DNA from: Octopus vulgaris
Taxonomy: Eukaryota
DNA: 64,000 nt
Assembly: GCA_951406725.2 (NCBI GenBank)
Contig: OX597836.1
Span: 38,564,001-38,628,000 of the forward strand
Direction: 5' to 3'
This document shows positions 39,428 to 52,850 of this stretch, in pieces (the first letter of the stretch is position 1; every line of letters starts with the position of its first letter). Below the pieces are notes generated by a model. It saw only the letters and a program-made list of their open reading frames with translations, was not told the origin of the DNA and made no database searches. The translations under genes and the position numbers were made by a program.

Positions 39428-40090
39428 TATATATACGTGTAAAGCTGGTCATAAGTTTAGCATATAAGTTCATAAGGATATGTTTAGAATTGCAACTATA
39501 CATATATTTAAGAACACATACATAAAACAAAACATAGATATCTGCACATGTACTGATGCCATATACTTGTACATGCACACGAACATGCACAACTAACATG
39601 TCTATGTGGTTGAAACTCCAATGAAGAAGCCCTGGATCTAGGTTAGAAACTGGCTCTCCTTTTCCATTGGTTAGAAATCAAGAAACAAAACTAAACAGCT
39701 GCATATACATGCATATGTACATACCCATACACACATATTTATATAGGTAGGTAGATAGATAGATAGATAGATAGATAGATATATTCATGTGTCCTTGATT
39801 CATGCATACATATACATATAAACATACATAAATATAAAAGTGTGTGAGTATAGCAATATATATATATATATATATAATAACAAAATAATAAATAAAACAT
39901 ATGCATATATACATACATATATGTACATACCTACATCTATATGTATATATACATGCATATATGGGTACAGGACACCAAAAAAACGTCAAACACAATGAGA
40001 AACGAAAACATAAAAAGAAAACCATGGAAACGGACTTTTTTCAAACAACAAAAAAAAAACAGTACAAGACATACAACACAAGGAATATTC

Positions 40091-40147
<57 letters not shown>

Positions 40148-40434
40148 TGTATACATATATCTATATTTATACATATATGCACACGTACATAACCATACAA
40201 TCATATATACACACACATGCATATACAGCTGACTGGCTCCTTAGTTTCCTTGTAAAATATTCCACTTATATGGTACCGAGTCAAAGCTTAACCTGGAGTT
40301 AATATAGAAGAAAATCTGTCATGAATATTGATCCTGATAGTGAAGGAATATTCTAACTGCCTCACCTGGTCTGAACCTATTAATCTGTTAAACCATTAAT
40401 ATCCTGTTAGACATTTTTTTTTTGTTATTTTTTA

Positions 40435-41022
40435 TCCTTTACTTGCTTCAGTCATTAGACTGTGGCCATGCTGGAGTACGACCTTGAAGAATTTTTAGTT
40501 GAATGAATCGATTCCAGCACTTATTTCTTTTTTAAAGCCTGGTACTTATTCTATCGATCTCTTTTGCCAAACTGCTAGGGTATGGGGATATAAATTCACT
40601 GACACCGGTTGACATACACACACACACACACACACACATAATGGACTTCTTTCAGCTTCCATCTACCAAAACCCCCTCACAAGGCTTTGGTGGGCCCGGG
40701 GCTATAGTAGAACACACTTGTCTAAGGTGCTACACAGTGGGATTGAACTAGGAACTACGCGGTTGGGAAGCAAACTTCTTATTTCGTTACTACCCACAAG
40801 GGGCTAAATACAGAGGAGACAAACAAGGACAGACAGACGGATTAAGTCGATTATATCGAGCCCAGTACGCAACTGGTACTTATCTAATTGACCCCGAAAG
40901 GATGAAAGACAAAGTCCACCTCGGCGGAATTTGAACTCGGAACGTAACGGCAGACAAAATACGGCTACGCATTTCGCCTGGCATGCTAACATTTCTAACC
41001 ACACAGCCACACTTGTGCCTAT
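40435..41022 (-). mobile_element. SINE A with a nested SINE B (40781-40997)
   Basis: both consensus sequences present. Confidence 0.85.
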
Positions 41023-41211
41023 TCCTGAAGAATCAAAACGAAGTCACTTTTGTTTCATATCTTAGTTATCCTAAACGAAACACAAAAATTTATTTTTCCT
41101 TAAATAGTTTAAAGATACATCAGAAGAAGAATCTTTTCTCCACTATTATTTAAGTGACTTCTATTTTTTTTTTCCTTGCTAAAACTTTCCAGTCTTAGAT
41201 AATCCTCCACT

Positions 41212-41579
41212 CTACTCTTTTACTTGTTTCAGTCATTTGAATGCGGCCATGCTGGGGTACCACCTTTTAAGTACTTATTCTATCGGTCTCTTTTTGCCGA
41301 ACCGCTAAGTGAAGGGGACGTAAACACACCAGCATCGGTTGTCAAGCAATGCTAGGGGGACAAACAGACACACAAACACACACACACACACACATACATA
41401 TATATATACATATATACGACAGGCTTCTTTCAGTTTCCGTCTACCAAATCCACTCACAAGGCATTGGTCGGCCCGGGGCTATAGCAGAAGACACTTGCCC
41501 AAGATGCCACGCAGTGGGACTGAACCCGCAACCGTGTGGTTGGTTAGCAAGCTACTTACCACACAGCCACTCCTGCGCC
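41212..41579 (-). mobile_element. SINE family A (young)
   Basis: family A consensus. Confidence 0.9.
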
Positions 41580-42204
41580 TAGAGATGGAATAGTAAATTT
41601 GCCTTACAATACATTACTTGGAAACTTATCAAGTCAAACAGCAGTACTGTACTGATTTATTTAGGTTAAAGACTAAAAAAACTAAAGACTCTTCATATTA
41701 TCTACTCTGCTTATTATATGTACATATTTTATCGGGCTTATAGTAATTTGAACTAATCATTTTAAATCTTTAGTTTTTCCTCTCCATTCTCTCAGAGCTG
41801 CTAGCAACACCCCGTAAATCAATATATTAAACATTAATATCATTCACCCTTATTCCTTGCACTATACAAAAACCAATTTTGCGAAAGACTCTAAACAAAA
41901 CAAAATGCTATCTTGCTACTTTTTATTGCAGCCACAACTTATCTCTGTAATTAGTTGAAATTTCAAATAAAAATGTTTCATCAAATAAGTTAATTTTACA
42001 ATATCTACCAGATAGCATATTTTACGTTATTTAAAATATATAATATTTCCCCAGATTTTCTTTTCGAATGTGGGTGGTGTTTATTGACTATTATCTCTCT
42101 TCATATAAGTTACATTGTTCACATATATAAACGTACTGAAACATTTTTGCTGATATTGCATATTAGTAGTTCCATTACTACATTATGGTGGCTTTCATTC
42201 TGTT

Positions 42205-42599
42205 TACTCTTTTACTTGTTTCAGTCATGTGACTGTGGCTATGCTGGAGCACCGCCTTTAGTCGATCAAATCGACCCCAGGACTTATTCTTTATAACCCT
42301 AGTACTTATTTTATCGGTCTCTTTTTGCCAAACTGCTAAGTTACAGGGACATAAACACACCAGCATCGGTTGTCAAGAGATGATGGGGGGACAAACACAG
42401 ACACACAAACACACACACACATATATATATATATATGACGGGCTTCTTTCAGTTTCCGTCTACCAAATCCACTCACAAGGCTTTGGTTGGCCCGAGGCTA
42501 TAGTAGAAGACACTTACCCAAGGTGTCACACAGTGGGACTGAACCTGGAACCATGTGGTTCGTAAGCAAGCTACTTACCACACAGCCACTCCTACGTCT
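42205..42599 (-). mobile_element. SINE family A
   Basis: family A consensus. Confidence 0.9.
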
Positions 42600-42986
42600 A
42601 TCTATGAAATTAAAAACTTACAGTGTCAGTCAAAATTATGAAGAATTAGGTATGGTATGGAGATGGTATTTTAGTTTCTTTTAATTTTGTCTGAAAGAAA
42701 CAGCTTTGTCATACCTTTGCAGGTCCAATAAGACAAATGAAATCGATGTGGTTAATGTTTCAGAAGTGGACAGATTCAAGGAAATCATGCGTAAAACTGG
42801 GAATTCCGGTGAGAAATAAGCATCATGAAGAGTATTTCTTTCGTGCAAGACCTAACAGAGGAGTAACAATGAATGAGTAGAAGAGGAAACATAACTGACT
42901 TGGGAGCATATGAGAGGAGGTAGTACAAGCCCAACCATATCTTAGAAGCATAGGCCACTGTAATAAACTAGTAAGGGAGCCAGTCA

Positions 42987-43308
42987 TCTCTATATATATA
43001 AACGGCAAAATGTCTGCAAGTGTGTCCTTTATACAAATCCACAATTTTTCAGTTAGAGGGCTCGCACTTTCTATGGTCATTCATAATCATCCAAGGGTGG
43101 TCGTGCACATCTTTACATTTCCCCAGTCACCCTGCAAAGCCATTAAAAAATTAATAGAAGTGACTTTTTGTGAATTTTCTATCCAAATGCCCGAAACTTG
43201 ATACGCCAATTGAATGCCAGCTAGCTGTATGTGATTGGTTGGAGATTTGGACAGTACTCGCGTGTATGTGCGCACACACGCAGCTGTATATGCATGCACT
43301 AGCACTAG
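42987..43308 (+). mobile_element. Helitron family H2
   Basis: a|TCtctatatatataaacggc...gcactagcaCTAG|t. Confidence 0.8.
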
Positions 43309-43373
43309 TATGATCTAATCTTGTCTTCCTTGTTGCAATTGATGTATTTAAGTATTTCAGCTCAAACATGTAT

Positions 43374-43541
43374 TAGCCATTCAAAAACTGTTAACTTCAT
43401 ATAATCATTTACTATTTGTTACATGACATCAAAATGACACCGCATGTCTGTGACCAGGTTGCAGTTGATGCAATGAAAACTTTGATGCCTAATTAATAAT
43501 GGTTAATTAATGTTAACAGTCTTTGTGTTTTTGAATGGCTA
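43374..43541. mobile_element. hAT-type MITE
   Basis: 15-bp TIR tagccattcaaaaac/gtttttgaatggcta; 8-bp TSD acatgtat. Confidence 0.7.
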
Positions 43542-44349
43542 ACATGTATGTTCTATACTGCTATCCTTTTAGTTTCAACACAGTTACAAGTCAAGTCACT
43601 TGCACGTCAAGTACACCTCTGAGATAAATACACCTTTTCCAGTAACCATTATAGTGGAAACTTCAACTAATTATAAAGCTAAATTGTGTATGCAATATAA
43701 AAGACAACTTCTAATAAGGAGTTCATAGCTGAATGATTCAATTGGCCTCACCCAACAATGACCAGTCAATGAGGAGTGCACTACAAGAGAAAGCATTCTT
43801 CATCACTATGGAAACCATACAATAATTTATAAAAGTCAAACACTTGCTCAATCCCTGCATTGGACTCTCAAAGATGAAACAAATCATGCAAATGTCCTTG
43901 TTAAATGGACATTCATAATGTAAGCATGATATATTCCTTCAGAAAAAAAAGCACTATTTTCCTATACATTAAATCATTAATAATCATTTGAACTAATATT
44001 TAATCCACACTTTAATTCAGCCGTGCACAATGATATCAGATATATCTTCATTCAGCACAGAAAATATATTGTACAACTAAATTGATCCAGGAACAGTTGT
44101 TTAAATATTGCAAACATGTAGAATATTTATTTATTACCTTCATGACAAATCACATTAAGCTACTTTTAATGCATAACATTATTTTCTTTATGGTTCATAT
44201 GATGTTGGGGAAGATTCCTTGAGGCTTCAAATTGAACATTTTGTTAAAGAAAGAGAACAGTATTTTTTTAATCATTTGACTATTAAAGTTAAAGACTTTC
44301 CAATTTCTCCAAAGCAGGATTTGGTCTGAAATACCAGGAAATCCTTCTC

Positions 44350-44730
44350 CTGATGACAGATGAAATTTCCATCACTTCACCTTTTCTGTTCACTATGCCT
44401 GGAAGGAATGGGAGTAGAGTCCTCGGGCACCTCTTCCATAGGGACCTGTACGAAACACCCATTGTTGTCCTTTCCTGCTGGATTCCTAAGTATGAGCTAT
44501 TGAAACGAGGAGTAGTCCCAAAACCTGCTTTTCTTGCTCTATTGCTAGGCCTCCTACCTGTTCCTTTGGCTTGAAGAATCTGTCTTACAATTCTTTCCCG
44601 CAACATTCTAATCACATGTCCATAGTACCAGAGCTGTTACCTGTCAATGCAGAGAAGTAGTGGCTCAAGTTGAAGAGACCCCCCTGATCTCTGAGCTGTG
44701 CACCCAGCAGAATAACGCTACTTCAGAGTC
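44350..44730 (-). mobile_element. degenerate RTE LINE 3' fragment
   Basis: LQLEPLLLCIDR*QLWYYGHVIRMLRERIVRQILQAKGTGRRP. Confidence 0.75.
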
Positions 44731-44932
44731 CACCTCTGATTTATTTTGATTTTGCTTCTTTACACCTTACCTGATTGTAACGTATAAAACTACCACATTA
44801 TTTGAAATCACATCAGCTAACAACCATATACCATTTATGCAATATCAAACCATAAATACTCAACTTTAACAACAGCAAATATCACAGATTTTAATAGGAA
44901 ATGCCAAAAAATGTTCCAGCAATGAACTAATA

Positions 44933-45378
44933 TTGGTTTCAGATTTTGGTACAACACCAGCAATTTTCAAGGTAAAGGAGGGTATAAACTGATTACATCA
45001 ACCCCAGTGTTCAACTGGTACTAATCTTATTGACCCTGAAAGGATGAAAGGCATAATCAGCCTCAGTGGAATTTGAACTCAGAACATGAAAATTGGTGAA
45101 ACGCCTCTAAGCAGTTTGCCTAGCATGCTAATGATTCTGCCAGCTTTGTCGCCTTACAGCATTAAAATAGAGATTTCAAATTTTGGCACAGAACCAGCAA
45201 TTTCGGAGGAGGGATAAGTCTATTATATAAACCCTAGTGTTTAACTGCTAATTTTCTTGACCATGAAAGAACAAAAGGAAAAGTGGACTTTGGCAGAATT
45301 TGAACTCAGAACGTAAAAACAAACGAAATGCCGCTTAGTACTTTGCCCAGCACGGTAATGATTCTGCCAGCTCGCAAA
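44933..45378 (-). mobile_element. two old SINE B copies
   Basis: family B consensus. Confidence 0.8.
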
Positions 45379-45859
45379 CCCTCAGCAGTGAAAGTAATAT
45401 TAACAACAACAATAATACCATTCCTATTAAGATGCAGTGAAATGCCATTTCAACAACAATAAACAGATAGAGGAGAAATAATTTCCATAAAATAATAACT
45501 TCAAGATAAAACCAATTAGGTTGAATTCCTAATAAGCAACAAAGAGAGTTATATTGCACTATTGTAGAGTATAATGGCAGTGTTGCTAGAACTAAAACTG
45601 CTAGCTATTATGAGAAAAGAGATAATTCAGATCATTGATATCTCACTAAAGTATTTACTAGTGATATTAGCAGAACTACCAGCCATTAGATAGTAATTCC
45701 CACAATGCATTGCAATATCTCCATCTGCATCTTATAATTTATTAATGTATTTGTAATGGAATATAAACAAAAGCACCAGTGACCTATATGATTCGAGTCT
45801 TGGCCAACAACAGAAGAATGAAATCATAGATTTGATCTGAAGGTAGTGAAGGGCATGTT

Positions 45860-46760
45860 TAAAGTGGAGGCAATGGAGGAAGAGAGCGGAGGTATGAGGT
45901 GAGTGGAGATGATGGGTATGAGGAGAGTGGAGGTGAGGGGTGTGAGGAGAGTGGAGGTGAGGGGTGTGAGGAGAGTGGAGGTGAGGGGTATGAGAAGAAT
46001 GGAGGCGAGGGGTATGAGGAGAGGAGGTGATAAAAATGAGGAGTGGAGGCAAGAAGAATGAGTGGAGGTGAGGGAGGTGATGAGAGTGGAGGCGAGGGGT
46101 ATGAGGAAAGGAGTTGATAAAAATGAGGGGTGGAGTTGAGAAGAATGAGGAGAGTGGAGGCGAGAGGAATGAGGAGAGTGGAGGCGAGAGGCATGGAGAG
46201 AGTGGAGGCGAGAGGCATGGAGAGAGTGGAGGCGAGAGGCATGGAGAGAATGGAGGCGAGAGGCATGGAGAGAGTGGAGGCGAGAGGCATGGAGAGAGTG
46301 GAGGCGAGAGGCATGGAGAGAGTGGAGGCGAGAGGCATGGAGAGAGTGGAGGCGAGAGGCATGGAGAGAGTGGAGGCGAGAGGCATGGAGAGCGTGGAGG
46401 CGAGAGGCATGGAGAGCGTGGAGGCGAGAGGCATGGAGAGCGTGGAGGCGAGAGGCATGGAGAGAGTGGAGGCAAGAGGCATGGAGAGAGTGGAGGTGAG
46501 AGGCATGGGGAGAGTGCAGGTGAGAGGTACAGAGAGAGTGGAGGTAAGAGGCAGGGAAAGAGTGGAGGAGAGAGGTATGAAGAGAGTGGAGGAGAGAGGT
46601 ACAGAGAGAGTGGAGGTAAGAGGTTGGGAAAGAGTGGAGGAGAGAGGTATGAAGAGAGTGGAGGAGAGAGGTACAAAGAGAGTGGAGGAGAGAGGTATGA
46701 AGAGAGTGGAGGAGAGAGGTATAGGCAGAGTGGAAGCAAAGTTTAAAATAGTGGAAGTAA
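45860..46760. repeat. 24-bp purine-rich minisatellite (agtggaggcgagaggcatggagag)n
   Basis: more than 30 units; the 24-bp period gives the four overlapping repeat ORFs. Confidence 0.95.
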
Positions 46761-47367
46761 ATGCTGAAGAAGTGGAGGTAAGGAATGAAGATGTAGATGT
46801 AAGGATGGACGAGGGGTAAGTAAGGATCATTGGAGTGAAAGTAAGGACTTGAGATGTAAAAACCGTTTCTTTAGTTGCAGAAATCCAGAAAGATGATTCC
46901 AGTTAATGATACGGAAACAGCAATTTTGTACACCTTCATATCTTCATCATATAAAACGCCATAAGATTGCAGACTCTGGTGAGTGATACATGTTTCTCTC
47001 CAACTTAGAAAACGGAAGACTTTAACTATGCTAATGGAATAGACCAGTAAGACCACATGTACACTAACTCTTGGATAATCTACAATAATGCATCGATTCA
47101 GGCTGTGATGGTTGTTAAGATTTCTATCAGTTGGTCATTTTTGTGTCAGATTTAGAGCTTTGTGATTTGGTGCCTACATAATATGAATAATTATGCTTGA
47201 TGAGTGGTGAGTGGCTAATATAAATAATTGAAGTAATAAAGGCTAGGACTAATGCTACACAGTTTGATGTTAGTGTAAATAGATTTATTATGGATCAATT
47301 TATGGACTCGTTAATAGTTCTTGCTGTTATTCAGTACAAGGTTACCACTTATTATGTGGACAGTTAT

Positions 47368-47807
47368 TTAACCCTTTAGCATGTAAACCACCAATGTCTG
47401 GCCTAAATATTCTGCTTGTTTATGTTCAAACTGACCAAAGCTGACCTCTCGCAGCTAGCCTAAAATGTCGTTCTAAAAATAAACAATTACATCTTTGAAA
47501 TCTTAAAGCCACAAAATAATTAATTCAAATTCTGTTTTGTCTGGGGAGAGTCATTTTTCTTTTGTGCCTTATAATGTAACACACTCGAATAAAAATTAAG
47601 AAACAAGTGGAAATTTTACCGGTGAGTATGTTACATTATAAGGCACAAAAAGAAAATGACTCTCCCCAGACACAACAGAATATGCTTCAACACACGAACT
47701 CATATAAAGAATCTTGCAAACCAAATCCAAAACGAAATTAATTCAAAACAAAATTGGAATAAATAAGCATTATGTTTGGCAGAGTAACCTGAATGCTAAA
47801 AGGTTAC
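47368..47807. mobile_element. MITE family 1 with a nested inverted PLE-like insert (47530-47738)
   Basis: ttaacccttt...aaaggttac; the insert is flanked by a taattcaaa duplication and its first ~57 bp are an inverted copy of its own interior. Confidence 0.75.
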
Positions 47808-48568
47808 AAGTATTCAAGCCTGTATATTATCATCTTTTTACAATTTTTGCAAACAAAGAATTTAGAACTATATTATTAAATGTTTCTTTTTTTATATATA
47901 AAATAATTTTCATAACTGTATTTTCTAATTAAAAACAACTTTAAAAAATAATCAAGAATTATAATGGATTTAATAAATTAATCATATTTATTATTCAGTT
48001 GTTGTTTAAAACTTAAATGATTCTTATATCAAATTATGATGAGTTTTTAAATTTAAATATGAACATATTGAAACGTGAGGTTTTGTAACATAGAACAAGC
48101 AGCAATCTAAGGCAAAGTGGTATTAAATGTTTTAAGACAAGAGGGTATGATCTGAAAGAGATTGGGCTACTATTTCTAGCAAATCAAGTTACAGTGTCGA
48201 GGCTTCTTGTTGATTTGATTGATTTATTAATTCACTCTCTATGTAAAATAGGGAAATCTCCAATATACTAGTTCTATAAAATTTCTATTGTAATAAATTA
48301 ATGAACAACTTTCTCAATCCTCCTCATCATTTAACATCCACTTTCCATGCTGGCATGGGTTGGACAGTCTTACAGGAGCTGGCAAGTCAAAAGACTGTAC
48401 CAAACTCTACCATCTGCTTTGGCATGGCTTTTATGGTTGGATGTTGTTCCTGATGTCAATCTAAAACTTAATCAGAATAATAATAATTATCATTATTAAG
48501 TATTTTCAGCATCATGAACATGTACAGCTATAACTTCACATAGCAAGAAAAACTGATTGTAAGCTTAC

Positions 48569-48592
48569 CTGATTTTGTTTACAACAAAGAAC
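48569..48592 (-). other. candidate 24-nt micro-exon (VLCCKQNQ in phase 0)
   Basis: atatcttaTAG|GTTCTTTGTTGTAAACAAAATCAG|GTAAGC. Confidence 0.28.
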
Positions 48593-48696
48593 CTATAAGA
48601 TATAACTATATAGAGCTATGTAGAAAGCTTTATAAATTATAAATCAAAAATGGAAATGGTATTTTCTCATTAACAGACGCACTAAGAAACAGGCCT

Positions 48697-48935
48697 GGGA
48701 TCCAATGATTAAAGGCTATAATAGGTCTACTATCCAATGAACAAAGGCTGTAAAAGTTTTAATATCCATTGAGTAAGGGCTGTAAAGATCTGATATCAAA
48801 TGGTTATGGGTTATAATAGGTTTGATATCCAATGATTAAGGGTTAAAATAACTCTGATATCCAATGATTAAGGGTTATAACAGCTCTGATATCCGATGAA
48901 TAACAGCTGTAAAAGTTCTGATATTCAATGATTAA
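48697..48935. repeat. diverged 31-32-bp tandem repeat (about 7.5 units)
   Basis: unit similar to gatatccaatgattaagggttataacagctct. Confidence 0.9.
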
Positions 48936-49851
48936 ATGGCTTTTAAATTGCAACACAAGAGAATCTAGCTTAAACTATTTTTTCTTTTTTAAATCGATAA
49001 AAAACAGGAGGGGTGGATTTTATAATTAAAATGTTTGAATTAGAATCTGCAAAAGAAAGTCTCAAGCACATGTAGGGACTGAATCTGATATCTTGCACAA
49101 TAGTCAACTGTCAGAACAATAATAAAACATGGAAATAATAGTAAAGCTATTTACACAAAAGTAAGACTAAAATGCACATTTTTAACCATATGAAAGAAGA
49201 GGAGAGGTTTCTAAGATTTTAGGGATGAACTTTTCACTTTTACCCAGTTCTATATTAGTGTCTTATAAGGACTTACAATTACAAAAAAGCAATTTATAAA
49301 AGAATGTGCATCTATCATTAAAGCAATAAACACAACTATGTACACACATACAAGCAACTGTATAAGTGTACAAAAATATCTGTCACATCTAAAAGTTGTT
49401 GGGTGCACAGAAAAAACAATACTGAAATACATTTTCCATATTCATATAATATAAAAAGAAGCAAGCCTATAGCTAGTTGTGCATTTCTAAGCAACATCGA
49501 GACCATCTATCAATAACACTGCAATATTATTATCATCGCAAACACCACCATTAAACCATTGTTACCGTTTTTCATGATATGTCCGACACATATTGTCACA
49601 TCATCATCAGCACATGTGCTGGCCGTTAGCACCTTCACAACATTATCAATTTTTTCAACATTATCAATTTAACAACATAATCACTTCTATAATGAGCAAT
49701 TAAAGTCCTACTTCACAATACTCACTTCAAAAACGGGAACCTGCATGCCATGTTGGTGTTGGTAATTGAGTGAAACAGGTCAGTCTTGTGTAGAAACACA
49801 TTAGTTTAAAACAGAGGCCATACGAGAAAGAAACCATCTGTTGACACTTAC

Positions 49852-49921
49852 GCTTGGCATTATGCTTCCTTTTTCCCCTTTAGGTCATCTTACACATCAT
49901 CTAAGTCGTCTGGTAATAGTC
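49852..49921 (-). other. candidate 70-nt exon ending in ATG CCA AGC (5' UTR plus start codon?)
   Basis: ttccttttttctatcatgtaacgtttCAG|...gcataATGCCAAGC|GTAAGT. Confidence 0.35.
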
Positions 49922-50255
49922 CTGAAACGTTACATGATAGAAAAAAGGAAGAGATGAGACAGCAACTAACTAGAGCTTAAGAATGGCTTAACTGTTACAA
50001 GAAGTTAGGGTGCTGAAGCAACAGATGAGAGCCAAGAGCAGAGGAGACACAGCTAGCAGTATATAGTGTTAAGTTAGAAAGCTTCTGAATCTGTTGTAAA
50101 AATAAGTGCATGTAGATGCACACACGTGTGCATGTACATAAATATTCACACACATTTATATATAGATATATATATATAGTTCATAGATGAGAATCAGATG
50201 TTCTCCGTATAGAATACACTTAGCACTCAAGAGAATTTAACTTGAACAGGCATAG

Positions 50256-50945
50256 AAATAAATGTAGGGATAAGCGAGTTAGACGGGTCAGTATATAAAG
50301 TTTTACTATATTAATAAATGCATGAAATACAAAAAATATACTCTTTTACTCTTTTACTTGTTTCAGTCATTTGACTGCGGCCATGCTGGAGCACCGCCTT
50401 TAGTCGAGCAAATCGACCCCGGGACTTATTCTTTGTAAGCCCAGTACTTATTCTATTGGTCTCTTTTGCCGAACCGCTAAGTTACGGGGACGCAAACACA
50501 CCAGCATCGGTTGTCAAGCAATGCTAGGGGGACAAACACAGACACACAAACATATACACATACATACATACATACATATATATATACATATATACGACAG
50601 GCTTCTTTCAGTTTCCGTCTACCAAATCCACTCACAAGGCATTGGTCGGCCCGAGGCTATAGCAGAAGACACTTGCCCGAGGTGCCATGCACTGGGACTG
50701 AACCCGGAACCATGTGGTTGGTAAACAAGCTACTTACCACACACACAAAAAAGGTCTAACTTACACAAAATACAAATGATATAGAGGATTTCTTCAACCC
50801 ATTTATTCCTCCATATCATTTGTATTCTGCGTAAGTCAGACCTTTTTGTATATATAAACATAAATACATTTCTTGTATTTCATATATTAATATAGTAAAA
50901 CTTTATATAATGACCTGTCTAACCTGCTTGTCCCCACATTTATTT
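50256..50945. repeat. long foldback palindrome interrupted by SINE A (50341-50742, minus)
   Basis: outer arms 50256-50340 and 50865-50945; inner arms 50745-50788 and 50807-50849. Confidence 0.85.
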
Positions 50946-51489
50946 ATATAAGTATATTTATATATACATACATAACATCCCACACACAACAGTATCAAAT
51001 AAAAATTTTGTTTTTAATCATTTGATTGAAAATTTGAAATTTTATAATATCACTTAAAATGAAGATATACAACTAAAATATTTACCAGCAACACAAGTGA
51101 CCTTTATAAAGCAGTTCTTACAATACTTCAAAAACACTTGCTTCCAATTACGTAAGTTAAAATATTTTCTTTTTCCTTTCATCCACTAATTTGTTACAAT
51201 TTCTGGTATTTTTAAAGAACACAGTGACTGTATTTAAATAAATACCCTAGTACTAAATTCTAGTAAAATTGCACACTTTGCCTGATACATCCAATTGGTT
51301 TTCTTTAGAGTAAACTAGACTGTGCAAACAAGTGTGATTTATATACACATGAGATGTGATCAAAGTTTTTGGAGGAGTACAACAGCTGTGATTATATAGT
51401 TCAATGGAAATGTGTATTCAACAGATGGTCATAATTGGTCATTTTTAAGATATCAAACCCCTGTTCAAATGTTTTGTGATATTATGTAA

Positions 51490-51905
51490 GGTGTGGCTGT
51501 GTGGTAAGAAGCTTGCTTCCCAACCACCATGGTCCTGGGTTCAGTTCCACTGCATGGCACCCTGGGCAAATATCTTTTACTATAGCCTTGGACTGAGTAA
51601 AAGCATTGTGAGTGGATTTGGTAGATCAAAACTGAAAGAAGCCCATTGTGTGTGTGTGTGTGCATGCGTGAGTGTATGCATCTAATTGTGTTTGTTCCTC
51701 GTCATTGCTTGACAACTGGTGTTGGTGTGTTTACATCCCCATAACTTAGCAGTTCAACAAGAGACTGACAGAGTGACTATCAAGCTTCAAAAAAAGGGAA
51801 AAAAAAAGAAAAAAGCAATAGAATAGATTCATTTGACTAAAAATTCCTCGAAGTGGTATCCCAGCATGGCCGCAGTCTAGTGACTGAATTAAGTAAAAGA
51901 TAAAA
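51490..51905 (+). mobile_element. SINE family A
   Basis: family A consensus. Confidence 0.85.
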
Positions 51906-51929
51906 AGTTATTCTAGAACAGTTCCGTGG

Positions 51930-52290
51930 TTTTTATCATGGCTGGAAAAATTGAAACCACACACATGTGATAAACATTGCTTGAAGCAAGTTTGCTACTT
52001 GGGTGCTTAAAATGGATTATGAAGCTTTTGCTAAGCATTCTTTAAGTTTTTGAGTGACGTGATTGATTCATGGTTGGTCGAATGTTGGTTGAAGATGACG
52101 AGTGTTCAGGTAAGCAATCACAAGTAAAATACCTGAAAATGTGAAAAACAAAAAGAAAAAAAAATTTGTGGAACTCATCCACCGTAACAATCTGTTGGGA
52201 CCTCTCACATAAATGGAATCGGTGGTTGTTGAGTCTGACTGAAGAATCTCATGGAAAACCTAGACATACAAACTTGTTGCTCTAATATTT
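51930..52290 (+). pseudogene. highly decayed mariner transposase fragment
   Basis: VEDDECSGK..SKIPENV..VELIH resembles the mariner EDxxRSGRP linker. Confidence 0.45.
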
Positions 52291-52850
52291 GTTATCTGGT
52301 TCTTGACAAGTAGCAACACCTTGATGTGGGGGGCCCAAGAGCCCTGTTGAATGAAATAGAAGTTGAAATAGTAACGCTGAGTGAGTAGATGAAATTCAAA
52401 TGGAATCACAGGTGGTATTGGACAGCCTTTACAAACAGAGTTACAAGTGATGCTTTTTTTTTTTATTGCTGTGTACCTTGTCAAAAAAACTTATGAAAAC
52501 CTGGTGTCTGAATATACTATACGAAATACATCATTGACTGAAGTACTGGCTGGTAGACTTTCTGATGCCACCCCATGCAGAAACACAAGAGTATGCATGA
52601 TTGGCTTTCTTGAGAAAATGTACAACTGAAAATACCACCCCAGTTTGACCTTAGTAATTATTTTAAGGCTAAGTCATGTTAAATTTTCATCCTAAGTTCA
52701 AGTTTTACTAATGAAGTTGGTGCCCTTCTGAGTAAAAAAAATGCTTTGTCATGGTTTCACGTGATCACTGAAGATATTTGTCACCAAACAGAAATGTTGC
52801 TCAACCTGCCAGGAACAGGAACCAAATCTTCCGCAAATGAAAATTAATCA

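Noticed and set aside
42723-42808. Plus-strand exon candidate (tttgcag|...ccg|gtgaga)
   Set aside because: No recognisable protein and no partner exons; opposite to the other candidates; could be chance
44762-44790. Second minus-strand CAG|GTAAGG ratchet-like site
   Set aside because: Weak pyrimidine tract and adjacent to an RTE remnant
45732-46830. Four long ORFs (210-335 aa)
   Set aside because: All arise from a stop-free 24-bp minisatellite that is open on both strands; no gene context
46870-47340. Possible CR1 RT remnant (LYDEDMKVY)
   Set aside because: Too degraded to support by eye
48697-48935. CRISPR-like periodicity
   Set aside because: Contiguous tandem units with no unique spacers, no cas genes, eukaryotic DNA
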